Below, one piece after another: positions 1 through 13,357 of a stretch of 64,000 nucleotides of DNA. Below the pieces are notes generated by a model that searched no databases, was not told the origin of the DNA, and saw nothing but the letters and a program-made list of their open reading frames with translations. A program made the position numbers and the translations under genes. The stretch is from Flaccisagitta enflata (lineage: Eukaryota). Each line of letters starts with the position of its first letter. Within the stretch, counting starts at the first letter, position 1. Location: contig OZ231126.1 of assembly GCA_965153355.1 (NCBI GenBank), positions 48,732,001 through 48,796,000 of the forward strand, read 5' to 3'.

Positions 1-1738
1 CCTGCATCAAAATCACCAACACCAATACAAAATCCCACCAACCACCCAACCCACCCAAAACACCAACACCGTGCATCAAAATCACCAACGACCAATACAA
101 AATCCCACCAACCACCCAACCCACCCAAAACACCAACACCGTGCATCAAAATCACCAACGACCAATACAAAATCCCACCAACCACCCAACCCACCCAAAA
201 CACCAACACCGTGCATCAAAATCACCAACGACCAATACAAAATCCCACCAACCACCCAACCCACCCAAAACACCAACACCGTGCATCAAAATCACCAACG
301 ACCAATACAAAATCCCACCAACCACCCAACCCACCCAAAACACCAACACCCTGCATCAAAATCACCAACGACCAATACAAAATCCCACCAACCACCCAAC
401 CCACCCAAAACACCAACACCGTGCATCAAAATCACCAACGACCAATATAAAATCCCACCAACCACCCAACCCACCCAAAACACCAACACCGTGCATCAAA
501 ATCACCAACCACCAATACAAAATCCCACCAACCACCCAACCCACCCAAAACACCAACACCGTGCATCAAAATCACCAACGACCAATACAAAATCCCACCA
601 ACCACCCAACCCACCCAAAACACCAACACCGTGCATCAAAATCACCAACGACCAATACAAAATCCCACCAACCACCCAACCCACCCAAAACACCAACACC
701 GTGCATCAAAATCACCAACGACCAATACAAAATCCCACCAACCACCCAACCCACCCAAAACACCAACACCGTGCATCAAAATCACCAACGACCAATACAA
801 AATCCCACCAACCACCCAACCCACCCAAAACACCAACACCGTGCATCAAAATCACCAACGACCAATACAAAATCCCACCAACCACCCAACCCACCCAAAA
901 CACCAACACCGTGCATCAAAATCACCAACGACCAATACAAAATCCCACCAACCACCCAACCCACCCAAAACACCAACACCGTGCATCAAAATCACCAACG
1001 ACCAATACAAAATCCCACCAACCACCCAACCCACCCAAAACACCAACACCGTGCATCAAAATCACCAACGACCAATACAAAATCCCACCAACCACCCAAC
1101 CCACCCAAAACACCAACACCGTGCATCAAAATCACCAACGACCAATACAAAATCCCACCAACCACCCAACCCACCCAAAACACCAACACCGTGCATCAAA
1201 ATCACCAACGACCAATACAAAATCCCACCAACCACCCAACCCACCCAAAACACCAACACCGTGCATCAAAATCACCAACGACCAATACAAAATCCCACCA
1301 ACCACCCAACCCACCCAAAACACCAACACCGTGCATCAAAATCACCAACGACCAATACAAAATCCCACCAACCACCCAACCCACCCAAAACACCAACACC
1401 GTGCATCAAAATCACCAATGACCAATACAAAATCCCACCAACCACCCAACCCACCCAAAACACCAACACCGTGCATCAAAATCACCAACGACCAATACAA
1501 AATCCCACCAACCACCCAACCCACCCAAAACACCAACACCGTGCATCAAAATCACCAACGACCAATACAAAATCCCACCAACCACCCAACCCACCCAAAA
1601 CACCAACACCGTGCATCAAAATCACCAACGACCAATACAAAATCCCACCAACCACCCAACCCACCCAAAACACCAACACCGTGCATCAAAATCACCAACG
1701 ACCAATACAAAATCCCACCAACCACCCAACCCACCCAA
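1..1738. repeat. 70-bp tandem satellite, ~25 near-identical copies, runs off the window start
   Basis: Unit GTGCATCAAAATCACCAACGACCAATACAAAATCCCACCAACCACCCAACCCACCCAAAACACCAACACC with only scattered substitutions (e.g. 351, 448, 510, 1419); explains all ORFs in 71-1919. Confidence 0.98.
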
Positions 1739-2181
1739 GCCTTGGTTTTCATCTTCGCTGCTGAACGACGGTCAACGTCCCTCCCACCTCCACGTTTCCA
1801 GTTTTTATAGATTTGCAGCTTTGATCAAAACCCGTTTAGTTCTGATTCTCCCAGTACAGTGCAAATTGTCACTGGCCAGACTATCATGTAATTTCAAAAG
1901 TTTTCTTACTCCTTGGTAAGATGTGTCGTTCTGCCTTTTAGGGTCAAACTTGTTTTTGTATCCAAATCCAGTGAAACTCACTTTTCCTTTGTATAGTCAG
2001 CAGTATGCAAATAGCTTCTTGGTGTTCTCTGTCTCTCTGTCTCGTCTCTCCGTCTCTCCTCTCTCTCTCTCTCTCTCTTGCTTTTTGTTTTTAAATGATC
2101 ACGCTGATTACGATGATAAGACTCTCGAAAAACCGTGATCTCAACTTACGATAACGAAGACAGACAGGAAGATGAGGAGAG

Positions 2182-2527
<346 letters not shown>

Positions 2528-3283
2528 TACGTCTGGAAATTCACCCCTGTGCCCTTTGGGGCCGCTACCCTACTTGCACAATTAGCGGATTATTCCTAGG
2601 TGGGCATCAGGTACCGCTGACCATGTGCGATGTGGATGACTAGTAACTTTTTCTGCGTTTATAAGCTTTTTGAGCTCACCGCTCCCACGCAAATGCCCAA
2701 GTGACTCTCTCCACTGCCCCTGCCCACCCGCGAGGGACTGGGGTAGCCGTGTATCCGGCCTTATGGGAAAAAAAGTCAAATTACATAATTTGACTTTTTG
2801 AAGCATATAATCAAAATCAAGTTTTTTAATTTTGAATTTGATAATTACAAAATTTAAAATTTTTGTTTGATATAATGTAATATTTATGATTTTTAGCTTG
2901 AAAAAATCATCTCATTTTAATAGCCCTAACTAGAATTTTGTAAAAATGATTTTTTTTTATTTTTTCACATTTAAAATTTTTTTATATAAATAAGATATGA
3001 ACTTAAAAATGCTGTTAAACTGATAAGCAAAAACTAGGTAATATTTGATAAAAATCAAACAACAACATAAAACAAAAATAAAACAGATACAAAAAATAAA
3101 AAAATATATGAATAAAAAGACCAAAAAAATCTACTATTACGACCTCTTTCCGGTCGGCGAGAGCCGCCTTATGCTGAAAGGCTTAATCGGTATTTCATAA
3201 CAATCACGATAATTCCTGACTGCGGTGCGGCACAACCACGAAATTGGCGGTTGGAACGGATTGTTTTTGAAACCTGGCGTACG

Positions 3284-3363
<80 letters not shown>

Positions 3364-3662
3364 ACGGCCTGGTCCCATCTTATTGTCAAAATAAGTCATT
3401 TCTAGTGAAGATGAAAAACGCGTTTGTTCCCATAGAGCAGAATGGCGCTGCTGCCTTTCTCTCATTTTATCGGTCGGTTCTCATATTATTTTGGTTATTT
3501 TCCATTTTATCATAATTTTGCTTCCTCTCATTTTATCGGTCACAAATATTCTCTCTCCCTGCGCCGATTTTGAATTTGCTTTAGTCTGATTAAAATCTTT
3601 CTTGGAAATCAATTCTCTCCTAAAATTAGCTTCGCTTATTTAGACAGATAAATCATAAGATA

Positions 3663-4416
3663 CACCGCTTTCAGATCGGAATGTCGCGAAAAGAAGATAT
3701 ATTACTCCTAAAATATTTAAGACAACGACTTGATTCTTTTTTCCTGTGGTAGATAATTTGATTAAGTTTTGTTACAAAAAAAGAATTAAAGCCCCAGTGT
3801 TGATATATTTGCTCCAAATTTCATGACAAAAATTAGTCGATTTCAGCCAAAAATGACCATTTTTCATAGAAAAAATGAGGTTAGATAGCAGCAGTGCTTC
3901 TTTTTTTCAACAAGAATGGTCCTACAGTGTTAGTTATGAGGAATTAATGAGGTTTTGTTTGAAATTCTAAAAAATTTGACTCATGTGATGCAATAACGAT
4001 TGATTTTGACCCCAAAACACCGCAAAAATCTCAAGATTTGGGAAAATTCTGAAAAATTGTCTGCAAAATGTTCAAAATTAAAATCAGTGAGAATATTTTT
4101 TGCTTACAGCATAATCTACATTAAATTCTCTTGAATTCTAGACCAATCCCAGCAATTCAGCTCAATTTGTGTAGAAATGACAACTATGAAATAAAGTAAA
4201 GAAAAAGTTGTTGAGAAAAAAAACCTTCAATGTGAAACATGCATTATTCATTTGTTGTGAGTAGGAGGCTTGAATTTTTTAGTTGGTGGAATATTCTTTG
4301 CTTGTAGCAAAACTTAATCAAATCATCTACCAGGGGAAAAAAGAAAAAACTAATTACTATGAATAGTTTTGGATTAATATATCTTCTTTTCGCGACATTT
4401 CGATCTGAAAGCGGTG
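3663..4416. mobile_element. MITE with long TIRs and TA target duplication (Tc1/mariner-like, non-autonomous)
   Basis: TA|CACCGCTTTCAGATCGGAATGTCGCGAAAAGAAGATATATT ... AATATATCTTCTTTTCGCGACATTTCGATCTGAAAGCGGTG|TA. Confidence 0.85.
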
Positions 4417-5576
4417 TAGATTTTGCTCTGCTCACCCCCGAATGACGAGCCGTCCTCGTCATTTGGGACTAAGTTGCAGCTCATTGGATTTACCTCTCCA
4501 TGGGCTAGCGCCACTCGGCTGGTGTTGGTTTTACCTAACCACTCCTTGCTTACCTTTTCACCTACCATTAAATCAACCCATTTTCTTTCGCAGGAGAATA
4601 AAGAAGACAAAAAATCTCTTCTTCATCTTTATCTTTGCGCTCACTTGGTCATTCTGTCGATCTAGAGTTAAAAACGGCTTTGACTCTGTTTCGTTGTGTC
4701 TCGACTTCTGTTCCTGGGACGCGTGAACACATACATTTATGCATTCAACTGTGAGTGAGTGAGCGAGCCCATGAACAGAGTGAGCGAGCGAAGTGAAAAT
4801 AGTGAAGCGAAGCGCTGCGTAGCGAGTGAGCAGCGTGAGCGTTAGAGCGAAAGAACGTAGCAAGCGACCGAGAGACCTATTGAAAATGCGAATGTTTCTG
4901 ACTAGAAACACCCCTTAGCGGTGGTTCTTTGTAAACTAAGCGACCATAAATACCCCCAAAAAAGTGAGACTAACAGACTGACAAGCCGATGTAGCAACTT
5001 GAGCGGTGACTGATTAAAAGGCAGACGGACAGGTTGGAATATATTGAACTTGAGGCTTGTTGGTTTGAATAAAAGACTCATTATTTGTCTAATTTCAAGG
5101 AAATGTCCCGTATTCGGATCGTAGTAAGAATTCTAATCTTGGTACAAATGTGTAGCAATTTTTACATATTTTAATAACTGTGTTTTGAAAAATTTACAAA
5201 AAAGAAAAAAAAATAACGAAGAAAGAAAATTAACAAAAAAATAAAATTAACAAAAAAATCTTGACATTTTCAAATGTTTTTGACCGGACAGATGAATTGG
5301 AAATGGGCGTCATTGAGGCAGATCGATTATTTTTTGTTCTATTCTTAATCAAGTCTGGCGTAGATCACACCACTTTGAAATTTCATAACTCTAATTTTTT
5401 TTCACTCTTTAATATTTATCTGTGGTATATCCATCTGTGGTAGATTTGAACGACTGACGGTCACATGACAACTGCATTTCAAACGGGCCACTCGGTCGCT
5501 CACTACCTTTGTTTACTCGCACCACTCACTCCGCTCATTGTTGTTGTTCTTGTAGTTGATATTTTTTTTTGTAAAT

Positions 5577-5802
5577 TTTTAGTCACGTGCTATGCGACTC
5601 AACACCCCGCTTTGTCCGTCCAACTGTCCATCGGTTGGTCGGTTCCCATTTTACTTTTCGGCATTTTTGAGCGTTTTGAGCTCACTGCTCCTGCCTAAAT
5701 ACTCCAGAGATCTTCACCATCACTGCTCCTGCCCATCCGCACGCGACTAGGGTAGCCGGCCTTGTATCCGGCCTTGTATCCGGCCTTGTATCCGGCCTTG
5801 TT
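5577..5802 (+). mobile_element. HINE/DINE-like (Helentron-associated) element
   Basis: TTTTAGTCACGTGCTATGCGACT 5' end, GTCC/GTCG microsatellite, subterminal GCACGCGACT, 3' end GGCCTTGTT. Confidence 0.75.
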
Positions 5803-6063
5803 TCAAAGTCATGTTACTTTTGAAGTGTTAGCCTGAATATGGGCTAAAAAGGGTTATTATTGCCAGACAATGCACTCAGCGTGTCTCTAAATTTAGTCTT
5901 TAATAAGACGTTTCATTTTGTTACCCTACATATACATTACTGACCAACCAACCGACCAACCCACAGACACAGCCCGATATAGACGTGCTTTGACGCACCT
6001 AAAAAAGAATCAAGTTTCCATACATTTCCGTCTGTGACTGTGTTTTTTTGTTTGTTTGTGTGT

Positions 6064-6188
<125 letters not shown>

Positions 6189-6460
6189 CGTGTGTTTTGA
6201 CATCGAATGTTTAAATTTTGACATTGACACCGTGTTTTGCTATCTAATGTTAATGTTTAGTTATGTGTTTTATGCGTTTTTAAAGGCTCATGTTTTTTGA
6301 TGTTGGTTTTGTTTTCGAATGTTTGTTTTGTTTTCAAAAGTTTGTTTTGTTTTTGAATGTTTGTTATGTTTTTGAATGTTTGTTATGTTTGTGCATATAT
6401 GTTATGTTTGTGAATGTTTGTTTTGTTTTCAAATGTCGACTAGTGTGACAGAAAGCTAGC

Positions 6461-6870
<410 letters not shown>

Positions 6871-6956
6871 CAGACCGGAAATGGACTGGGAGAAAGACGG
6901 GGCCACATTTAATCGCTCTTTGTGGTGTCATTCATACGCTGTCAGTCTCAGTCATG

Positions 6957-7049
6957 TCAGTTGTAATCGTCTGTGCCCTCATTATCATCGTTGTCAGGGT
7001 CGTGATCATCGCCATCGTTCACGACCTCATTTTCATCATTTTTTTCAAT
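6957..7049 (-). CDS. candidate terminal exon encoding an acidic tail (IEKNDENEVVNDGDDHDPDNDDNEGTDDYN*)
   Basis: Strong polypyrimidine acceptor TTTTTTTCTCCTTTTTTACAAAG followed by an open acidic frame; parent gene unknown. Confidence 0.3.
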   Translation of the reverse strand: MEKNDENEVVNDGDDHDPDNDDNEGTDDYN

Positions 7050-7434
7050 CTTTGTAAAAAAGGAGAAAAAAAAATGAAGAAAAGGCGAAAAAAGTATTTC
7101 GCTCAGAATTCAGTAAGGAGATTTTGTTTTGGAAGCAATAAGGCTATTCCTTGTGGTGATGCGACAGATTCAGGGAGATACATTTCTTGTCACTGCCATA
7201 CCACTATGGCATAGAACCTTAAAATCCACACTAGAGAACCGAGGATTGCGCGAACATCCCCCACCCCTACCCCTCTAGTGCTCAGTGTAAGCTACCTTCG
7301 CGATGGTTTCAATTTCCCATAAGTAATTAACTATTGTTAACTTTAAAAAAAAACTGCGCCAGTAGTCTAGTAGTGTCATACTACATGAAAAAATGACAAT
7401 TGATTTTTTATCGGTAATAGTGCACTGTGTAATG

Positions 7435-8082
7435 GGGCAGCGGCCCCGGAGGGGTCGATGACTGATGATTCCACACAGGGCAATTTTGTTTTGGGAGGCA
7501 TGATCTTGGGTCTGAGAAGTCTAATCTGGGGTCCATAAGGTTTGATCTGGGGTGTGAGAGGCCTGATATAGGGTCTGAGAGGCCTGAGATAAGGCCTAAT
7601 AAGCCTGAAAAGAGGTCTGAGAGGCCTGATTTGGGGTCTGAGAGGCCTGATTAGAGATCCCAGATGCCTGATTTGTAGTTTAAGAGGCCTGATTTGGGGT
7701 ATGAAAGGCCTGAAAAGAGGTTTGGAGGCCTGAGTTGGGGCCTAAGAGGCCTGATAAGAGGTCTGAGAGGCCTGATTTGGGGTCTGAGAGGCCTGATTTG
7801 GGGTCTGAGAGGCCTGATAAGAGGTCTGGAGGCCTGAGTTGGGGCCTAAGAGGCCTGATAAGAGGTCTGAGAGGCCTGATTTAGGGTCTGAGAGGCCTGC
7901 TTTGAGGTCTGAGAGGCCCGATTTGGGGTCTGAGAGGCCTGATTTGAGGTCTCAGAGGCCTGCTCTGAGGTCTCAGAGGCCTGATTTGGGGCTTTGGGGG
8001 GAAGGGGTGGACACAGACATCAGATCGGAAAAATTGCCCTGTGTGGAACCATAGGTCATCGACCCCTCCGGGGCCGCTGCCC
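7435..8082. mobile_element. non-autonomous element with inverted ends and internal 21-bp tandem repeats
   Basis: GGGCAGCGGCCCCGGAGGGGTCGATGAC...GTCATCGACCCCTCCGGGGCCGCTGCCC; internal GAGAGGCCTGATTTGGGGTCT repeats; related copies at ~11400-11735, 13595-14120, 2535-2645, 30445-30475. Confidence 0.8.
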
Positions 8083-8435
8083 AAAAGGGGCTAAGAGTTT
8101 GTATTTGCTGTTGGTGGATTTCTGTTACTTTTCAACCGGGTAGAGCAGGGAGTCATCATTTCTCGTCACGATAGAGGTGATTTGGGTAGTGGGTAGAAAC
8201 CATAGAGATTAGAGTGGGCTCAATTTGGGCATTCGAATGAAACATTAGCTCCAAGCATTTTTAGTTGCGGACACGCAAATCTATAAGAGGCTTTGTCTGT
8301 CCGCCCGTCCGTTGCTCTGTAAGCAAGAGTCGAAAAGTGGGAAAACGCGCGTTTCCGCCCCTGCCCACCCTTCCGCAACTGGTGGCCGTGTATCCGGCCT
8401 TGTTCTTGTTCCATTTGCATTTTTTTTTAGGAGCC

Positions 8436-8613
8436 AAATCTCTTTGGAAAATCGATTTGGACTTGATATAGGCACTCCATCATAAATGCTGTAGTTGTAT
8501 AGTATTACTATGGAAGAAATTTCTCTTTTAACTCCAGCAATCAATTTTATACAACTACAGCATTGATGATGGAGTGCCTAGATCAAGTCCATATCGATTT
8601 TCCAAAGAGATTG
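8436..8613. repeat. imperfect hairpin / small MITE (~65-bp arms)
   Basis: ATCTCTTTGGAAAATCGATTTGGACTTGAT...GCTGTAGTTGTATA is inverted at TATACAACTACAGC...ATCGATTTTCCAAAGAGAT. Confidence 0.8.
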
Positions 8614-9157
8614 AACCCTTAACATGCAAAAGCAATGAGAGAAGTGCTTGGAAATAATTTTTCATTCGAATGCCCAAATTGTGCCCACTAATGCCCAGAT
8701 TTTGCCCATTCCAATAGATTTGATTTTGTATTTGAAGTTTGGAACCCCACACATTGTCAGTCATTGATATCTATTACGCCTCTCATATTGATATACGGGC
8801 CCCCTATTTTCTGCTTTGCCATTCTATTCTCATTCCTTTTGGAACCGCACAAGAAAATGTAAGACACCATAAACTTGATTCATATTAAAGAGAGAAAACG
8901 CCCAATTCTTCAGTTACCATTAAATGAATCTTACATGAAGAATTTGGTATTTTCCTCTTCAATTATTAGGTGTGATATCATCCTATCATTCATCAATTCT
9001 GTTGTGAATAAACTGTTGAAGATATTTGATGCGTTTTACCATCTTTGTCATCGTTACCATCTTTAAGAGTTACCATTAAATAAATCTTACATGAAGAATT
9101 TGGCATTTTCCTCTTCAATTATCAGACTAAGAGAGAGCAGAGCTGTCAAGTCTTCAC

Positions 9158-9355
9158 CTGGTGTCAACATTATCACGAACGCCGCGCGCCAGGAATGCCA
9201 TCGGGACACTACCCTGGGACTGAATCATACCCACTGGCTGAACGCACCCAAATTTGCTGGCGGTCTCCTTGGATTTGCCGTGCACGACGATTTTTGATCG
9301 GCGCATGAATACCGGCGGGTGCGCGACTACACATTGAATGACGATCGACGATGGG
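9158..9355 (-). CDS. orphan internal exon candidate (198 nt, symmetric phase 2/2)
   Basis: Acceptor TTCTCCTCGTTGCAG, donor AG|GTGAAG; one open frame PSSIVIQCVVAHPPVFMRRSKIVVHGKSKETASKFGCVQPVGMIQSQGSVPMAFLARGVRDNVDT; GC-rich relative to flanks; product not recognised. Confidence 0.4.
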
Positions 9356-10015
9356 CTGCAACGAGGAGAACAGCAAACGAACTACAGGCAAACGGACAAA
9401 TACATCAGTCGAATGACTAAATGACAAACCAAAACGTGAGAGGGGACAGAGAAAAAAAGTGACGCGGGGTCACAATATCATTGCGGACGGGTGGGCAGGG
9501 GAATCCAACCTCCATCCACACCCAAACCCACCCCAGCACTCAAACATACACAAAAAGTATCAAAAATGCTCGTTTTCCCACTTTTCAACTCGATGACCCC
9601 GGACCAACGGACCAACAGACCAACGAACCAACGGACATAGCCTCTTATAGAGTTGGGTGTCCTCAACTAAAAAACAAAAACAAAACAAAAACAAAAAGCA
9701 AGGACTGAGACATAAACAGAGATGGGAATGAGAACAAGAGAAGAAGAACAAGGCCAAAACGAGAAGGATATACTACAACAACAACAACAACGACCCAAGT
9801 CGTCTAAAGAAACTGGTTGGATGGAGATGTTGTTTGTTATTATTCGATACCAAGATTTGGATTTGCAAGATGGCAGAGGCACCACTTGGCCGTGTTTACG
9901 CCTCAAATTGATCAGGAAGGATGGAAACAGTTCATCCACTCTAGTAAAAGCCGCCTAGAGCGGCTAACATGCATAGCCTTGGCCATCAGTTGATTTTAAA
10001 AATCATGGGAAGATA

Positions 10016-10994
10016 GCGGTGTAACTATGGCAAAATAAAAAAGGAAAGTAATTTTCAAAATGATATTGTGAGCTCATTTTTTAGAGCAGGTTCATAATTT
10101 TTTAGACTAAGATAGTTTGTCAAATTTGCTACCTGGTAAAAAAATCAGATCTTGAAAAAGTTGATTTTTGCGCTCATAGCATCGAATTTTGCAAAATTTG
10201 CCAATTGAACCATCGCCGAATAGGTTTCTGTTTAGATCCAACTTATGAAATTTACTCTGAGCTCAACTTTTAGAGCGAGATCAATATTTTTGAGATGGTG
10301 ATAGCAGGTCAAATTTCTGACACAGCAAAAAAATCAGAATTCAAAAAAGTGTATTTTTGTACCTTCTACATCAATTTTTGTAAAATCTGTCAAAACTGGA
10401 TATCAACACTAGATTTTTTATAAGAAGTCTATTCACAAAAATTGATGATTCTGATGCAAAAATACACTTTTTTGAGTTCCGATTTTTTTGCTGTGTCAAA
10501 AACTTGCCGTACTGTCACCACCTAAAAAAAATGTGAAGCTATTAAAAAAAATGAACATTTGAAATCAACTCTAGATAAATGTTTTTTTATTTTGACCATC
10601 TAACTTTAACCGATTTTACAAAAATTGATGTTGCAACTACAAAAATAAACTTTTTTGAGTTCTGATTTTTTTACTATGTCAGAAATTTGACATGCTATCA
10701 CCATCTAAAAAGTTCTGATCTTGCTCCAAAAATTGAGCTCACAGTTAGTTTTCAAAGTTGGATCTAAACTGAAACTGAAACCAACTCGGTGATTGTTCAA
10801 TAGACAAATTTTACAAAAATCAATGCTATGGGCGCAAAAATCAACTTTTTCAAGATCTGATTTTTTTGCTAGGTTCCAAATTTGACAAACTATATTGGTC
10901 TAGAAAATTATAAAGCTACTCCAAAAATGAGCTCACAATATCATTTTGAAAATTACTGTCTTTTTTTATTTTGCCATAGTTATCTAAGAACCGC
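10016..10994. mobile_element. foldback-like MITE, near-palindromic along its length
   Basis: TAACTATGGCAAAATAAAAAA...TTTTTTATTTTGCCATAGTTA ends; internal arms (AAAAAATCAGATCTTGAAAAAGTTGATTTTTGCGC and its inverse) mirror. Confidence 0.85.
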
Positions 10995-11260
10995 ATTGGG
11001 CTCTCATCATGGAGACCATCCTGTTCGGGACATTTCAGTTGTTGCCTTTCTACAGCCCAATCATGGATGCGGGCTGTATTCACCCGACGGATACCCCCCC
11101 CATCCCTATCTTACTTTCTCACAATTTCAGCGGCCTGGAAATTGGAGAACAGGTCGCCCAAGGGCAATATGTGGTCAGCCATAGTTTGTTCTGCTGAATG
11201 ATTCTTTATTTGTCCGTGATCAGCAGGGTCCGGGCATCGGCCTTTATTTGTCCGTCCATC

Positions 11261-11398
11261 AGTTCTTTATTTGTCCGTCCATCAGTTCTTTGTTTGTCCG
11301 TCCATCAGTTCTTTATTTGTCCGTCCATCAGTTCTTTATTTGTCCGTCCATCAGTTCTTTATTTGTCCGTCCATCAGTTCTTTATTTGTCCGTCCATC
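11261..11398. repeat. 23-bp tandem repeat (TTCTTTATTTGTCCGTCCATCAG), ~6 copies
   Basis: Direct inspection. Confidence 0.9.
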
Positions 11399-13156
11399 CT
11401 TCCTAGGCCCTCTCAGGCCTAAAATCCAGGCCCTCTCAGGCTTGAAATCTGCCCTCAGGCCTGATATCTACTCTCTCAGGCCTAAGATCTACCGTCTCAG
11501 ACCATGAATCTAAGAAGACAGATTTATGGTCTTGGAGGGCAAATTTCAGGCTTGAGAGGGCAGATTTCAGGCCTAAGAGGGCATATTCAAGGCCAGAGAG
11601 GGCAGATTTCAAGTTTGAGAGGGTAGATTTCAGCCCTGAGAGGGCCTGGGGGGGATGCATGTACAAATAGACGAATGAACGAAAGTCCCCCTGTGTTCTA
11701 CAGGACTTCGCCCCCTTCGGGGCCGCTGCCCAAAAAGCGAAGATTATTCCTGGGTGGAGATGTGATCAAGTCAACATTTTAAGCCTGCTTCTGATAAGTC
11801 AGTTACTTATACAAGGATAAAATATTTTAGATATTTTGAAATTTTTATTTGAAATTAGGAATAGTTTTTTCTTAGAACTAAAAACTTGAAAGAATATTAA
11901 AAGAAATCTTGATCTTTACTCAGCAAAACTGGATGTAGAGGCTGAAAGTACATGTAGTTAGATCTCGCTATAAGATAAACGGAAATCCGCCTCTTAACGG
12001 ATATGAAATTATCGTCCCTTCATGACATTTTCTTTCAATTTCTTCATTAACAATGATGGAAATACATATAAAGATACCTCTTTAAAATAATCTTACTCTT
12101 TTTTAAGATTTTGTTTGAAAATTTTGCCAATTTAAGATCATTTTACTGTACAAAGCATGCAATTTGAAGACAGATTCTTCAAGATAGTATGAATGGGCTC
12201 ATATAGCAAATGGTGCAAAAAAGCGATGGAACAAGAGTGTCAAGATATGGTTCATGATGTCGTATATTTATAAATCTATACTTGCGCTATTAAACAAAAC
12301 GATAAATAGAATTTGGAAAAAAAAAAGATTATAAAGGTAGAATGATTTGAAAGACCCTTTGCATATTGACACACCTGACCCGATCATGACCAAAAGTCCC
12401 TGAATTCAATAAGATTAATGGCTATCAAACATGTCTACACTAGTAAGTCACTCAATCAAGATAATGCATTATCCATATATTATCGGTCACTGGTTTTCAG
12501 AACTTTGCCCTCATCACTGAAACTGAATGCAAGCCTAACTTAATGAGCAACAGCTTTATTCTCGACAAGAAGATATGAAGAAATAGTTCGCGTTCATTTT
12601 ACAAATCGCAACAGATTACGTCACACAAAACACGAAAATACCGATTTGCTGATATATTATACTACAAACGTGGTGGTTGATTAAGTAAATTCAATGTTAT
12701 TTATCATCTTGTTAAAATGACATTTGTACGCCGGAGAGATTAAGAGATCGGCAATGTCGGTAATTAGGGGAGACGCTGAGCTCATATGTTCCGCTTCGTG
12801 GTTTGGTCTCACATTGTACAGACCAATGGTTTGGTTTTGCTGAATTTAAGTCCCTGTGGGCAGCTACACGCGTATGCTCTCTTGTATGCACAGTATACGA
12901 AACGACGTTCGTCGAAGGGATGCACAACCGTTGTAAAGGGCTTCTTGCGTTTAAAGAAATGTTCGGAATTAATATAATGGTCGGTTGGGCGCTATCGACC
13001 GATTTTTTGGGGATAGCAGTTAATTAAGGAGGAGTGCGCTATCGGAGATTTGAGTCACCGCTTTCAGTTTCATTCTCTCATAGGAAGAAAGGGCGGGTTT
13101 CGTTTCGTGAGTGCGCGATCAGAGATCTTAGCCACCCCTTTTCACTCTCTCCCACT

Positions 13157-13357
13157 CTACCCCTCGGCGTCTTGTTTTTCTTCTCGAGGCCGGTAGATCT
13201 CGGATTCCTGATAACGCTGTGAGTCTTCCAACGCAAGCGGCTCAAACATACGCTTCTTGGACAGCATGATGTCCCTTCGTCGTTTCTTCACGTCGTCGCG
13301 CGCCAACACGAAAATGCCTAATCCCAAAGGGATCAGAATCGCCCACGCCGTAGTCAC
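13157..13357 (-). CDS. last coding exon of a small single-pass membrane protein, DUF4748-like
   Basis: Acceptor CTCTCCTCAG|GTG; VTTAWAILIPLGLGIFVLARDDVKKRRRDIMLSKKRMFEPLALEDSQRYQESEIYRPREEKQDAEG*; W...G.G.F..A+..V..RR pattern resembles DUF4748 as recalled; unique sequence downstream with minus-strand AATAAA near 12555-12560. Confidence 0.6.
   Translation of the reverse strand: MTTAWAILIPLGLGIFVLARDDVKKRRRDIMLSKKRMFEPLALEDSQRYQESEIYRPREEKQDAEG

Noticed and set aside
1-1738. CRISPR-like regular repeats (also 40574-41438 and 27862-28328)
   Set aside because: Units are contiguous with no unique spacers, no cas genes, and the context is eukaryotic
71-1919. Long ORFs (579, 426, 377 aa) and repeated 65-aa reverse ORFs
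   Set aside because: By-product of a stop-poor 70-bp satellite; the period is not a multiple of 3 and all frames give the same peptide
7839-8084. SERPDL-repeat ORFs (also SSIRPIP ORFs at 50424-50732 and 52828-53223)
   Set aside because: 21-bp tandem repeats internal to non-autonomous TEs
8911-9122. ~55-bp direct repeats as LTRs
   Set aside because: Too short, no TG...CA ends or TSD, ~100-bp interior; looks like a simple local duplication
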